From NCBI RefSeq assembly GCF_009914755.1, contig NC_060926.1: DNA of 64,000 bases; one strand, 5' to 3'. Below the pieces are notes generated by a model, which was given only the letters and a program-made list of their open reading frames with translations, was not told where the DNA came from and searched no databases. The DNA is from the human T2T-CHM13v2.0 reference genome, Homo sapiens. Position numbers and translations under genes: made by a program. Positions 1 to 15,068 of this stretch are shown here, piece after piece. Position 1 is the first letter of the stretch. Each line of letters begins with the position of its first letter.

Positions 1-234
1 ACATGTATGCATTCAGTTAACAAGTCCACTAATGCTGGGCTCAATGCTGAGTCATGATGCAAAGGTTCTATCCCTGGTGCTGCAGCTGCTGGTTGAGTTA
101 ACGTTGGCCATTCATCTCCCTGTCTCTGGTTTCTAATTCTATCTTCTTAAACTTTACAAAGTTTTTTTTTCTTCTTTTTTTTTTTTTGTGGCATTCATTC
201 CTCTGAATAACTGTTTCTTTAAAACAAACAAACT

Positions 235-395
235 TGCATTTTAGCTTCAAGGGTACATGTGCAGGTTTGTTATATAGATAAACTCATGTCACGGGGGTTT
301 GCTGTACAGATTATTTATTTCATCACACAGGTACTAAGGCTAGTGACCAATAGTTATTTTTTCCGATCCTCTCCCTCCTTCCAACCTCCACCCAA
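235..395 (-). mobile_element. L1 3'-end fragment (L1PA/PB-like)
   Basis: gggtacatgtgcaggtttgtta...gtacagattatttt is the antisense L1 3'UTR signature. Confidence 0.8.
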
Positions 396-405
396 CTCTG
401 TTTCT

Positions 406-415
406 GAAAGAAGGA

Positions 416-453
<38 letters not shown>
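406..453 (+). repeat. (GAAA)n microsatellite
   Basis: Direct reading. Confidence 0.95.
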
Positions 454-454
<1 letters not shown>

Positions 455-2669
455 GGCCCAGAGAGGACAAAGTATTTGTCTAAGGCCATACTGTTATTAA
501 GAGGTAGAACCAAGACCTACACTAACTCTGCAAATCCAATTTCTGTCCACAGTGCCCTTGAGATCAGAATGATACTCACTCCATTTCCTCTAAAAGCTAC
601 AAATGAAACTCTTCTTATGAGTAAAAAGTACTAACCCAAATTGGATTATTACTATAGTGGTCTCGCAAATTTAGAGGATGTTCAGAGGTCAGAGATGAGA
701 ACCCTGGCTAAATCTTGTAGGGGTGAATGTACAAACGATCGTGTTTTTAAAATATTCTAAATTCAAATTCCAAGAATGACATTTAACGCATCCTTCCAAA
801 GCCAAATTTGGCATAGTGCTCTGGTTCTAAATAGCAGCATTGACCTTCCCTCTTAGACTCATAACCTAAATTATTCTGAAGATTCTTCTTCCAGACTGCT
901 CCCGACAACCCACCTGGAGCAGTCTCCAGGACATTCCTGCTGATTTACAACTGCAATCTTGCTAAAAGGAATGGAAAAGAGCCAGGATGAGTTTCTGCTA
1001 GACAGAATTACTGGCATGAAATACTAACATGGCTACAACTTGGCATATGAATGACTGACTGCACCAATGCCCCACCCCCCCTTTTTTTATTTCACTGAAA
1101 TAGGTTATTTGTTGGAAAATTGAGGGAATCTTGTTCCTCAACCCCAGCCCCTAAAGAGTGAAGGAAAAAGGCTGCTGACTGTGCTACTTAGGGCATGCTT
1201 GAACATGGCTCCCAAAAGCCAGCCTTGAACCAGGAAGCCTTTTCTTGTTCAGTTTCCACGTCAGTGGTTTGTCTTTGATGAGCGTCTGTGACTGCTGTGT
1301 GCAGAGCCCTTCTGTTTTCTGCCTTTATAGAAGGAATAAAGACGACTAGGCAGGAGGCAAGCAGTAAGCTCCAGCTGTCCCTGGTTAAGACGCAATGATT
1401 AGCTGTAAATCGTCCATTTGGCTTAGGCAAAATATGGTCTAAATGAAAAAGGGAATGCCTTTCCCTTGTATTTATTCTCTTCCAGAACCTTGACTCAAGC
1501 TGTCAATTAGTCAATCAAATATTTATTGGCACTCCCCACTCCTGATTTTACACAAAGTGCAGGATGCCACAAGAAGTAAAACATTACAAGGTATTCAAGA
1601 CTTAGCTTGGAAAATAGGGCAAGTATTCGTTCGTCAAGAGTGGAAAACTCCGATGACTATGGGGACCAGGTGGGCAACATGAATGAATGAATGAATCTGT
1701 TTCATAATAGCATTTTAAGGTGTATTATTTTCACACATTTTTCTTGTATATTTAATACACAGGAATATTCTTTTCTCTACAAAATCAGAGCCTTGTTGGT
1801 CTATCTGTAGTTTTCACATTCTGGTGAGAAAAAAATGTCCTCCTCAATTTTTCTATACGATAGGGTTAGTGCCAAGACAAATGGCAATCAAAACCTGGTT
1901 TCAGTGTTAAGAGACAATTGAAAGAGGACAAGAAAGTGATGGGGACTGTATCCAGTTAGAGAGCTTATGGGTTACTGGAAGGGAGCAGCTGCTTGTTAAG
2001 TGCCATTTGCTTTGTTGCTGAGTGAGCATGGGGGCCTAGAAATGTATCTTCAAATTCTTCTAAAACACTCTATTTCCCCAAGCTTGCCATGGGGTATGTT
2101 GCCATTTCTCTCCCTTAGACATCTTTAGGTTTGTCTTATCCTTCCATTTCTCTGAAGTGGATGGGAGGCTCCTCAGTGAAGGCTGGGGTGTTTTGTTTAT
2201 TTGTTTTTATTTGTTGTTTTGCTCAAAGGGCTAGTTTGAGCTTGTTGCACACAGCTGCTAGGCAGAGCTTACTCCACGTCATCATCAGGCTCACCAGGGC
2301 AGAGAGGGTACCCACCCTATGGTCTGGTCAAATTCATGCAGAGTAATGCACCAACGCATGTGTATCAATTTCTTACTAAAGAAAGCAGAGGAATCCTCCA
2401 AATGACACCCAGGCCTCATATAGATAACCTTGAAATGGCCTCTGTGGTAGATTGCAACATGACCACACAGGCCTTTCTTTCTTTTATTCTTGCCTCTTTG
2501 CTACCCCTCCCATGAAGAAATCAATTTCTCACGTTTGACTTTTATACATTGGTCTCGTATATTGTGATCTTAATAAGCTCAGTTATTAGTTCTAATATGT
2601 TATGTTATAGATTCACTAGGATTTTTGATGTAGACAGTCATGTCATCTACAAATACAGACATTCTTACT

Positions 2670-3020
2670 TTAAAAAAATATTTTTCTCCACTCCATTTTG
2701 GGTGTGACTATGTGGCTTGTTTTGACCATTGGGATATTAGTAAACATAGTACAAGTAGAGACTTGAACAGCGCTTGCACACTGAGGCTGGCTGACTCCTG
2801 CTGCTCCAGATCCATGGGATCACCATGTAAATAAGCTCAAACTAAGGCCACTTAACGGAGAAATGGGGCCCACACTCTAGCAGACAGCCTGTTACCCCCC
2901 AGATGTGTGAGTCAGGCTTTTCTTAGACCAACCATCTGGCCCAAAGGAGACCTACAGAAGAACTGCCCAGCTAAGCTCAGCCCAAATTGCCAGCCCACAG
3001 AGTTGTGAACTAATAACCTG
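2670..3020 (+). mobile_element. MaLR LTR relic (MLT1F/G/H-like)
   Basis: agaagaactgcccagctaagctcagcccaaattgccagcccacagag and ttgttttgaccattggga motifs typical of MLT1. Confidence 0.65.
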
Positions 3021-3883
3021 CTGTGCTGGTCAGTCCAATGGAAGGCTAGATTCTGTTCACTGCTATATCAATTTGTTCCATACTCAGGTAATGAAGATGA
3101 CATGGATACATAAGAAAAGTGCTTGTGAAATCACAGAAACTCTGTGCAAGAGTACTATACCAGTTCCCTCCTCCTATATCTCCACGTCAGCCTTCTCATT
3201 GTTTGGATGTCTGTGATTTAAAAAAAAGAAAAGGAGAGGGGAGTATAGGCAGTGAAAATTACAAATCAGGAAAAGCAAAAGTAGGAACTGTGCTGGTTAT
3301 TGATCTTGAAGTCAAATTTACCAGGTTAAGCCTACATCCAAGTTGGGAATTGCATAGGTGAGTGGAGAGTACATAGATTAAATAAAGAAGAGATAGCCTA
3401 GAGGCATAGTATATGTATGAGCCATGAATGGTGTCTGTCTCAATTTTAACAGCCTCTTTGCTTCCTAAATCTTCAAAAATTGGACTGTTCACATGGGGCA
3501 GTAAGCCAGCCCCAGCACATCCTTGCTCTTGCCTCTTTTTCTCCGATCTAATTCCCTGGTCCCCAAGAGTTTTCTAGTTCATTTTTTGGCAGAAACATCA
3601 ATTTTCCTCAAGTGCAGATATCGTGCCTTAGACTACAATCCAACTTGGAACCTGGTAAGTCAAGTTCTACTTAGTGAAAGACATAAGTAAAGGCAGGAAT
3701 TGGATTCAAATATATTTTCTTGAATGCAGCTAGCTGATTTGCTTATGAGGTTTAAATTTTTTTAACTTAATATAACAATATTTACTTACAGATTTAATTT
3801 AGATATGGCTCTTGATATTGGGAACACAAAAATCAACCTTAAGTCCCTTCAATAAGAACTCCACAGCCTAATAGGAGGGTTCA

Positions 3884-3885
<2 letters not shown>

Positions 3886-3923
<38 letters not shown>

Positions 3924-3931
3924 AGAGAGAG
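3886..3931 (+). repeat. (TG)n(AG)n compound microsatellite
   Basis: Direct reading. Confidence 0.95.
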
Positions 3932-4270
3932 ATATACAAAAACTAAGAGTGTGTAACTGCCCAGGGAGCACCATAGATGAAGGAACTAACCATACATATG
4001 CACATAAGTTGAGTGAGGAGTCAGGGAAAACGCCATCAGAAAGTGATGCTCAACTGGATTCTTGAAGAAAAGGAGAAGATTCCACTAGGCAGATCTGGAG
4101 ACATGAAAAAGCACTATGGGTTTGGGGAACAATAAATACTTAGTTTGGCCAAAGCATAGGGTATATTGATGTGAGGAGGGAAAGATGGTATGGAGGGAAT
4201 AATGAGAGATGAGGCTGGAAAAGTGGGCAGGAGTTTCTGGATCTCAAATAATCTTGAATAGCAGTCTAGG

Positions 4271-4646
4271 TGCTGTAGGTGTTAGATTGTGTTCTCCAAA
4301 GTTCTTGTGTTGGAAAGTTGATCACCATTGTAACAGCACTAAGAGGTGGGACCTTTTAGAAGGGATCAGGCCATGAGGGCTCTACCCTCGTGAATGGATT
4401 AACACCATTATCATGGGAGGGGTTCATTGTAAAAGGATAAGTTGAGCTCTCTTTTTCCTCTGTCTCACCCTGTCTTGTTCTTCCACCTTCTATCATGGGA
4501 TGATGGAGCAAGAAGGCCCTCACAAGATGCTGGCCCCTGATCTTGCATTTCCCAGCCTCCAGAACTGTAAGCTGACAAATTTCTGTTCATTACAAATAAC
4601 TCAGTCTGTGGTATTCTGTTATAGAAGCACAGAACAGACTAAGACG
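4271..4646 (+). mobile_element. MST-family MaLR solo LTR inserted in an L2 relic (~3790-4930)
   Basis: aagaggtgggacctt...ccatgagggctctaccctcgtgaatggattaa...ggtattctgttatagaagcacagaacagactaagac. Imperfect 5-bp TSD ctagg/gtagg. Confidence 0.8.
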
Positions 4647-7600
4647 GTAGGGAATTCAAAATTTATCCTGTATATGATAGGGAACCAGTGAAAAATTTTA
4701 AACAGAAGAGAAATGCATTCTGATTTGTCATTTTGAAAGATAACCAATGGTAGAACGTTGGTGAATTGGAGGGAGGGGGATCGCCTGGAAAGTTAGTGTA
4801 GCAGTCTAGGCAAATGTGGATGAACTATAATGCCAGTGGACATGAAAGAGGAAAGGATCAATGGCAGATCCAGGTGAAGGAGGAGGACAAATAAACCTGA
4901 GGTTTCCTGCTCAGGCACTTGGTTGAAGTAACCTGATGTAGCAGAGCTGTATGTATGGGTGAGCTTTGTGTTATTAAACAAAATAATCATTTTAATATTA
5001 CAATTTGACATATCTATCAACCTCCTATGGGGCTCCCCAAAGAGGTAGGATATTTCAAAGGAGAGAAGCAGTCAGGGCATAGAGTAGATAATGGTTCAGA
5101 ATGGCTAAGTACAAAGCTGAATGCCAGTAGTGTGAAGGACAGTCAAGGGCCTTCTTTTGGGAACTCCAACCTAAAATAGCAGTCTGGGCTGGCCTGCCTG
5201 GATTGGCAGGCCCATGCACTGTGGCCAGGTTGGGGTGCCATGCCTGTGAGCAGGCTGGCTGGATCCCCAGATGACCTTGGCCTGTAGTTAGCTCTTATAA
5301 CTACATCTTGGGTGTGGCTGATTTCCAAAGTAGCAGCAATGGCAGCTGACAGCTTTGGAAGTGTTTATTTTCTGTAAAGAAAAAATGCCCATAAGAAATA
5401 CACCTCCCAAGTGGTTGTTCCTCCTGGTTTGATTAAGAGCTTCTGTGGCTGAGAATATGCCTATGGTTTTTGTAAAGCCATTAAAAAATTAATCGCTTTT
5501 TTCTTAAGTCAAAATGCCTTGAATCTCTTAGGTAATTTAGAAGAATCAGTGTAAGTTCTAACCCTGGGAAATATGTCAAAGAAATGCCTGCTTGCACGCT
5601 TTAGTTCATGAGAGTATCTTTTCCCCTTCTGCATATCACAATAAAAGTAAATTCCAATACAAGGATTCAAAGGCAGAGAAGGAACCTAACCCTAACAATC
5701 AGATTAGAAATAAATGCCCTCTTTGAGGATCTGAAGTTGGAATACAAGATTCCACTAAGTTTGAGGCTCTCTGATTAAAAATTCTTGCTGTCACCTACAG
5801 CTCACAAGGCCAAAACATCTGGTGCTAAATTTGCTTTAGTGTATGGTAAATGGGGAAAACATTGAGAGATTGCAGAAATAGGATTTTGTTTGTAAATTGA
5901 ACTTTAGCTATTGTACTTCATCCAGGGAACACTAGAGGGAGTATGTCAGATAGAGGAAAAAGATTACAATGGGAATAAATGGGGAATGAAGAAAGGAGAA
6001 CTCTAAAGAGGAAGGCGTTTTTGCATATCACTAAGGCACAAAATTTTCCTCAGGCAGATACCAATATTTGTATTATGACCAAGTGACTTTATATTCAAAA
6101 CCCTGTATTAAAAAACTTTATGATCTTCTGAGCCTGTTCAGAATCTAAAATAGGAGAGGAAAACTATTACTCTCTGACCAGAATCTGTATTCTGTCCATT
6201 TCAGGCATTTTATGAGCCAATACAATACAGCTCTACCTGTGATTTTTTAATTTTAGAGGGTACATTATTTGGATGAATAATCTTTCACAGATATTGGATT
6301 TTTTTTTTCTTTACAGTACTAGTGGTCATACTTCCAAAAGTTCTCATGGTGAATAGTAATGATACCAGGCATTTTCAGACACTTGTAAGAATAAAATATG
6401 CTCTTCATAGATAACCTGAATTGGAAGCCCTTTTCTCTCCATTTTCTCCATAATTCTCAGGTATTAGTTCTACACTAAAACACCATTTTACAATCCAGAG
6501 ATACTGAAGTTAACTGGCCCAATGTCATGCATATGTCAAAGCAAATACGAACTGATATTTATTTCCCTGTTTTAAATTTCCAGTTCCTCATTTCCTTTGT
6601 GCCTCTTGAAGATGCCAAAAAAGTTAGTGAAGACTAGAGTCTCATCACTGATTTTTTTTAAAAAAACTTTAACAATTAATTAGTACAATCAGAAACAAAT
6701 ATCTTAAAATCTTAACAAGAGACTGTTCAACTGGTTATTAAAATATTTTACTGAATAAACTAAGGCTTTTATGAAATACTGTCTTTAAACCATAGCAGAT
6801 TTTTAAAATGCAGCTGTTAAAAGCATATGTGAATCCAAATATAAGAAAAATCACAATAAAGCATGCTAAGTTAATAAGGATCTGCTCTTTTACAAACCTT
6901 GGGGTAGGCTCACCTGGACATTAATGTCAAGAGAGTAGAAATGACATTACAAACTCCCTAAGGCAGCGTCTGTTGGAAACGATCGGTGATACTGACAAGA
7001 AACACTCAGCTCTGAAATTTGGGTTTGCATTTGTTAGCCATGCATTATCCTACTTACCTCTCAGGGTAGAACCTTTAATTTCAGAAAGTGCTGGCATGCA
7101 TTACTGCACCCGTTATCAAAAGTCTTTGGCAGAAACGCCATTTATCCTTGTTGTGGTAATGAACAGATTTAAAACATTCTGGTGTCACCATCCCTGAAAA
7201 AGCACATTCATTTGAATATTTCTTCCACCAGCATAATGAAATATTTCATGAAGGCACATGGGTGTAGAATACTATGGAGAGATATTGCTGGTGAATGACA
7301 GAACGTCTGGTTGATTTACATGAAACCCCAAGTGCTCATATGAGAATAGGTTAGGTTTAGATTGACGAGCAAATGTGTAACCAGACTTCTGGCTGACAAA
7401 TGGCAGAACTATGCCAGTATATTAGCTTCTCTGGAGAGAGACCAAAAGTGAAACGGGAGGATCAAGTTCACTCCATAAAGGACATTCAAACCTAGTGGAT
7501 GGCAGTGTGGCTGGGATATTAAGCACTTATAGATATTAATACCCCAAAATAGTATTGAGTTTACAGTTGAGCTGGCCAACTGTAAGCCAATGGTCAAACT

Positions 7601-7952
7601 CTTATAAAGCATTGCCATATGCTGTGCGTGTATATTGACATTCCTTCAGGAGTATCCTGGTGTTTTCAAGATAAGTCTATTTTATTGGCAGCTTTGGTCA
7701 CTAACTCTAAAAATGGATTGTTTGGGTAAACTAGAAACTGAAAATAACAACTGAAGAGATTAGTGTAAAACATGGTGCCAAGCATTTAATGGTCCAGATT
7801 GAATTAGATTTATTTTGGCGCAGCACAGCCGTGAACAGAAACATCCACACAGGCTTTGTAGAGAAGGATGAAGAATTTGGACCCTTACTCTCTTTTCCAG
7901 ACTAAGACTGAAAGTTCAGGACTTCGGATATGCATTCAAGGAAGTAATATGA

Positions 7953-8420
7953 TAGTAATAATAAATACTTCTCAAGTTCCCATGGTGAGCCAGGCCCCCT
8001 GCTTGGCACTTAGTGTACATTATTTCATTTGATTCTTACCACCACACTGCGGGTGGGATTCACAATGTTTGCTTTATAAATGACCCTGAGGTTCATAGAC
8101 GTTGGTTGACTTATCCAAGGCCATACAAGTAAGTGATCAAGTCAGGATTTAAACTCCAGTCTGACTCGAAAGCCCTTTCCATCATGTTACAATCCTTTCC
8201 AAATGTCTGATGAACAGTACTGGTTAAGGTTTGCAGCTTGCAGGCCCTTTGGTATTTGCAGAGCATTGAGGCAAGAACAACAGAGAGAGCCAAGAGTCTT
8301 GGGTTTGAATCCTGGCTCTACCATTTATTCACTGTGTGATCTTGGAAAAATATCTAAACTTTCTGGGCTCTATCCTCATCTATAAAAATGTGGGTATGTG
8401 TTGTGTGGTGGGTAATAGAA
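7953..8420. mobile_element. Two MIR elements, head-to-head (minus ~7953-8190, plus ~8270-8420)
   Basis: gggtttgaatcctggctctaccattt...tgtgtgatcttgg...cctcatctataaaaatg MIR core and its antisense counterpart. Confidence 0.7.
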
Positions 8421-11400
8421 GATTTATAAGCTACCTTTCATTTCTAACTTTTGATGATTTTGTGAGCTTTCAAGGGGCTTTTAATTTCCTGTAATTGAGG
8501 TGCATGTTTGGTCTTTTGCTCTTTAAGTAACTCAGCTGTGAGGAGACACTTCCATTTGAAATTCAAGAACTGACTTAATTTCTGCTATAGAGACACTATT
8601 TCTCCCCTCTGTAAAATTCATTTCTCTAAGTGGGTTGTCTCAACACAAACTATCTTTTATTTTCTTGGTGGACAGCTCCACTGTGTACTGAAAGTGGTGC
8701 TCTGCTCATAAGTGCACCATAACGAGGGTTGTAGGACATGCTAGGAATACAAAATGGTACATCATAATATTACCACAAAGGAATATCACTAGAGTTGGCT
8801 TTCATATGAAGGCAATAAATATTACTTCTTGTGGGTTAGAAGACGAAATATGCAGGGAGCTGCCTATTTTGGATGTTTCGGTTTATTTCTGTAAATTAAT
8901 GAAATTTTATTTATCACATGTCCCTCCTTATTTATAATTCTGTACAGTATGCTGACACCTCTGCAAATGGCTGTCTATGCTTACAGCATACCACCCATTT
9001 CTAGTTTGGCCTGCACCCATTCCTCCTGTTGATGGAAATGTATACATTGGATCTCATGAACATTCATCACCCACTGCTCTGCATTCTTGAAGATCAAATG
9101 ACATGGGCCATGCTGTATGTGGGGAGCAATGTTTCAGAATTCCTTTGATGTTGCTCCTTGTGACAATGGCTAAATCCAAGCTTTTGCTATCTGACCAAAT
9201 GCCAAATGTGTTAGCCTGAATCTCTATGATCCTATAGATAGCTGGATGGAAAAATAAGATACAACCACTGCAAAAACCTATTTTCCAGGGCTAATTAAGG
9301 TAAAGTTTTGATTAATTGAAAAGCTAGCTGAGCAGGGTGTTCTTGCTAATTAGGAGCTAATGTATAACACTTAAAAAATTCATTTAATATATACTTTGTG
9401 CCATCTATGTACACAGTATTAAGTATTCAAAGAGGGGAAATGTTCCTATATTCTTTGTATCCAAAGCACTTTCTGATTTTCTTCTACCAATTACTTCTGA
9501 AAAATTTGTTCTACTTGTTTTCCTTTTCAAGGCTTTTTTGTTGATGTTTCTGTTACCAAGATGTGATCATGCAGAATATGTATTTTGAATCAATTTTTAT
9601 TCATTTAACATTACAAGAATTTAACCCAAGTATTGTGTTAAGTGTATATGACAGTGTGCTTAAACATTCCCTTATTTGCTTAAAATTTGGATTGTTTCCA
9701 CTTGTTTTCCATGATAAAAATGCTATGAAGAAAAGCTTTACATATAGAGGTAAAGACAAATTTTCATATGTGGAATTATTGGATCAAAGAGGACACTTTT
9801 AAATGGTCAATATTATCAATATATTAATTGCAGTTGCTTTCCAAAGGAGTAGTACCATTTTATACTCCTTCTCTCATTGTGTGATAATAAGTTTCTCCTT
9901 ACTATCTTCATCAGCATTGGATTTTCGTTTGGACATTTTTTGCTTATGCAACAGGCAAAGTTCTTTTGAAAAAAAAATGTAACACCCACTATCTATTGAA
10001 TTCACCCAATAATCTTATGAAGTCAACAGTTTACAGATGAATAGATACTGAGATGATTAATTGATTTGCTCAAGTTCATATAACTATTATCAGAGCTGGA
10101 CCTTGATCTTGCTTCTTCTGAATCCGGCCCTGTTGTGTGTTTCCACTCTACCACAGCTGTCCACTACATAACAGGAAGGGCAGAGGCTAATGAGCCCTTC
10201 AAGATAAGCTTGAAGAAGCTCAGTGGTTGGTGTGTATCAAGGTGGAATAGATGAGCAGGACTGGAGAGTAAAATGTCCAAATGGCTTTGTTTCTTAAAAA
10301 CCAAACATTTCCTCAAAAAGAGTGAATAATTTTGATTAATTTATACATGCTGTTTCACTCATCCACATGTACATTAAAAAGGTTTAAAAAGAAAAAAAAG
10401 TATGTTATTTAATGGTGGCTTGGTGTTGGAATATTTTAACTAAATTCAGATATATATGAGTAACTCCAGTTGGAAGTTGTTCATGCATATCTGAAAGCAG
10501 AATGTGGCCTTTTGACTTTAGCCTATTAAACAAAAGAAAATTCATAGTTAAAATTCCACTCTCAGCTCCCCAGCCAAGATGGGAATGGCCCCAGCCATAA
10601 AACATGATGGACAAGGCTGCCACCAGGCCCAATAATCTGTTGGCATTATAGAGTAGGGTAGGCAAACCACAGTAAATCAAGGCCTCGCCTTCATTTTTCA
10701 AAAAGCCGAATGGATTAAAAGTGTGTGCGTCATTCTTTACCGTGAGAAGGCAGACAGGTTTTGCAACAAGCTAGAGGATGGTGTGTGGAGTAAATAACAA
10801 ATGCCTCTTGGTCGGAGGCTGTTTGATCGCTTCAGGTGTCCATGTGGAGGGTCATCTTGAGAAAGGGACTTGGGACTATGTGCTTTCTTATTCTTTGCAG
10901 GGATGAAAAAGAGGAAAACCCAGTTTGGAGGCCATAGTCTGTAAAATGGCAGGATCTGCCAGCTTTGGCACCACAGAGTGTGGCTTTGGGCAGAGCAGTT
11001 TGTGCTTCCATTTATCTGGAGTTTCCTGGTGTGTAGAAGCCCCACCCCTGAGCACAGCAGGAGGTTGAATAATGAGGATTGGCAAAACTCAGGGATGTGC
11101 TCACCTCCCTAGATTATGAAATCCCATTGTCTAATCAGACCATCCCATAATGGACATTAAAAACAAACAAACAAACAAACAAAAAAAACAACAAACCAAG
11201 AGTATTTATTTTTCAAAGAGATGATTGTGACCGTGGATGGCAGAAATAATGTCTTGTTAAAATGACTCAATTCCTTTTAGGTAATTGCAAGGGCGGCTGG
11301 TTTCTTCAAGCATTCAGATGAGCTCCTCTAGAAGCTTTTCACAGGGCAACGAAACTGCTTTGGTGCCTCCTTCAGGGCTAAGACCATGATTTGGATTCAC

Positions 11401-12324
11401 CCTGCCTTAAAGGAGAAAAGTTGGAAGCAGCAGGAGGCATCTGTAGAGAAGTGGTGAAGTGAACATCTCTCTAGGTCCCTTGTTTTGTAACCAGATTTTA
11501 ATCAGTGAGGAATTCTGAAAAAATAACAGAAAGCAGTTTGGAAGCAGCTTTCATTACAAAACTGTATAGTCATGTCTCCAAGCCACCAAAGTATTTTATA
11601 GCCATTTGCCCGAAATGTCAGAGTAAATAAGCATATCGTCCAGAGCGCTGCCTGGAACCAGAGTCTCGTTTTGTTGGAGGCATTAGGGGAAAGGCAAGGG
11701 AGCTCAGCTCCAGGGGTATTGCGCCCTAGTCTAGTCTAAATGGCTCTTCTCTCTGACGTGACTGGAGTGTTTTCTGTCACCTCTAAACATTGCCTGCAGT
11801 GATAACATTCATTCCCCAGGCTCAGGCCCCCTGTAACAGTCAGGAATGTGCGGAAGAAGCCAGAGTGGGACAAGATGGCTGCCCTGCCCAGCCCGCTGCT
11901 GGCCGGATGTGGAGCTGGGAGGAGCTGACTCTCATTTTGCCCCCTGTTGTCTTTGGAAGGCTTTCGTTTGGGTTTTGAGTGGGTGGTCCCTTAGGTCTCC
12001 TACTACATTCCAAATATTTCCAAAACGTTCTGAGAAATGGTGGTGCAACTAAATGAACATACTCTCCTGACTAATGTGGGAAGCTGATTGGGGCTGGCAG
12101 TTCCTCCTTCACATCCCCCACTTTGGTTGACACATAGAGTGTGTCAATCTGAAGTTCTAAGATTCTGGGTACAGGTTTTTTTTTTTTAATTTTACAGCCC
12201 CTTATGGTTTAATGCTCAGTGGTTTCCAGGCTTTTTGGATGGCTCACTGGATTCAGTAAAAGGTTTTTAAGCAGATACTCCCAATACTTGTTATTTGTAA
12301 ATTATATATATGTTATATGTACTA

Positions 12325-12763
<439 letters not shown>

Positions 12764-13259
12764 CTATACGCATTTTATATTTATATGTAACTGAACTGAA
12801 TATGCTTCATTTGAAAAGTTTGATATAACACTTTGTGATACAATTCAAAAGTCTGCTTCTAAGATCAGTCTATTTTGATACCTGGCTTTAGTGATTCTCA
12901 TGGCTAAAACAATACTACAGCGATAATGCAAGAAGGGCATAATTGGCTGTAACTGCTAAGTTAGACTCACTTTTTTACCCACATCCACCAGCTATGCAAA
13001 GGTTCTGTTGAAAGTTTACCAATACATTTTCATCTGCCTTGGGTCAATCAACAGTTCTTATATTCTAATCAAAGTGCTTCCCATTGACCAAACCCAGAGA
13101 AAGTCAGAAGGCAAAGAAGTCTGATTGATGCACCATTTTTACATAGATAAGTAGAGACAGAGATAGACAGATAAAGATATATTCAGTGTTCTCTGAAATT
13201 GTACATTTGAAAGATTTTTAAATAATTTAGAAAAACCCCACTTCTCAGTTTTTTTACAC

Positions 13260-13708
13260 TTTATTTTTATTGAGGTAAAATACACATTTAAAATTTACCA
13301 TCTTTACTATTTTTAAGTGTACAGTTCAGTGGTAATAAACACATTTATATTCTTGTTTTCCCTTTCATCTCTCCCTCTTCCCTATCTTTCCTGGTCTCTG
13401 GCAATCATCCACTTTTTTAGCTCCCACATTAGTGAGAACATGTGATATTTATCTGTCTGTGCTTGGCTTATTTCACTTAACATAATGGCCTCCAGTTCCA
13501 TCCATGTTGCTGCAAATGACAGGATTTTATTCTTTTTTATGGCTGAATAATATTCCATTGTATATATATACCACATTTTCTTTATCCATTCATCCATTGA
13601 TGGACTCTTAGGTTGAACCCATATCTTGGCTATTGTGAATAGTGCTGCAATAAACATGGGAGTGGAGATATTCTTTCAATATATTGATTTCCACCCTTTT
13701 TTTTGGAC
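13260..13708 (-). mobile_element. 5'-truncated L1MA-type element (ORF2 C-terminus + 3'UTR)
   Basis: ORF 13382..13657 (MFIAALFTIAKIW...WIKKMWYIYTMEYYSAIKKN) is the L1 ORF2 C-terminal signature. Poly(T) at left end. Confidence 0.9.
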
Positions 13709-13750
13709 ATAAATATATGTCCAAAGCTCTCTGAAACTGTACATTTAAAA

Positions 13751-14051
<301 letters not shown>

Positions 14052-14718
14052 TACATTTAAAATATTTTAAAATAATGTAGAAAAATTCCATTTCTCAGTT
14101 TTCGACACATGTACGTATTAGAATTTTTAATAACGGTAACACTGTTTTCAGAACCAACATTTCTCAATGGTGGAAACAATTCTAAATATCCACCTTCAAA
14201 GTGTTCTCTCCATAGCATACATTTCTTTTGTCAAAGCAGTCAGTTTCTCATTCATTAGTTACAATTCAGTACCTTCATTTTTGCAGAGCTGTTAGGTTGC
14301 ATATTCCAACAGCTTCTTGTCACCATGGAAATCTTTGAAAATACTTTTTACATAGTAATGTGACAGAAAGGGGCTCACCCGATAAGCCATTTTGGTTTAT
14401 TTCTGCTAGGTAGGATTACATTTTAGGAACAGCTCAGGCAAATAGTGAGGGAAACAAGTGGATCCATCTAAGTCCCTGTAAGTAACACCTGGTGCACTGG
14501 GGTGGGGTGACTGAAGAAGGGTTGAATAAAGGCAGTTACAAAGACATGTGCGCAGTTCAGAGAAACCAGCAGTGATAGGGAAGCAATAGCAGGGGCCCTT
14601 CCTGCTTTCTCCTAAGCCTGAAGGGGTAAGGAGAGGATGCTGTGATCCAAGCCCAGGGAGAGAACTGGAGCTCTAGGAGTGGGGGCATGGACTGCAGCTG
14701 TGACTCTGGTAGAGGGAT

Positions 14719-15068
14719 TATATTAGTTTGTTCAGGTACCATAACAGAATCGCACAGATGTGATAACTTAAGCAACAGAGATCTATGTCCTCACAAGTCC
14801 AAGATGCAGGTGCTGGCAGGGCTGGTTTCTTCTAAGGCCTCTCTCCTTCCAGTCTTCACATGGTTTTTCCTCTGTGCCTGCATCTGTGTCCAAATTTCCT
14901 CTTCTTATAAGGCCACCGGTCATATTGGATTAGGGTCCCACCTAATGATCTCATTTTAACTTAATTACCTCCTTTAAGGTCCCATCTTTAAATACAGTTA
15001 CATTATGAAGTACTAGGGGTTAGGAATTGAACATGTTAATTTGGGGGGACTTAATTCAGCCCATGACA
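14719..15068 (-). mobile_element. MLT1A/B-like MaLR solo LTR
   Basis: caagtccaagatgcaggtgctggcagggctggtttcttctaaggcctctct...ggattagggtcccacctaatgatctcattttaacttaattacctc. Confidence 0.8.

Noticed and set aside
13382-13657. 91-aa ORF resembling a real protein
   Set aside because: C-terminal remnant of L1 ORF2 in a truncated element.
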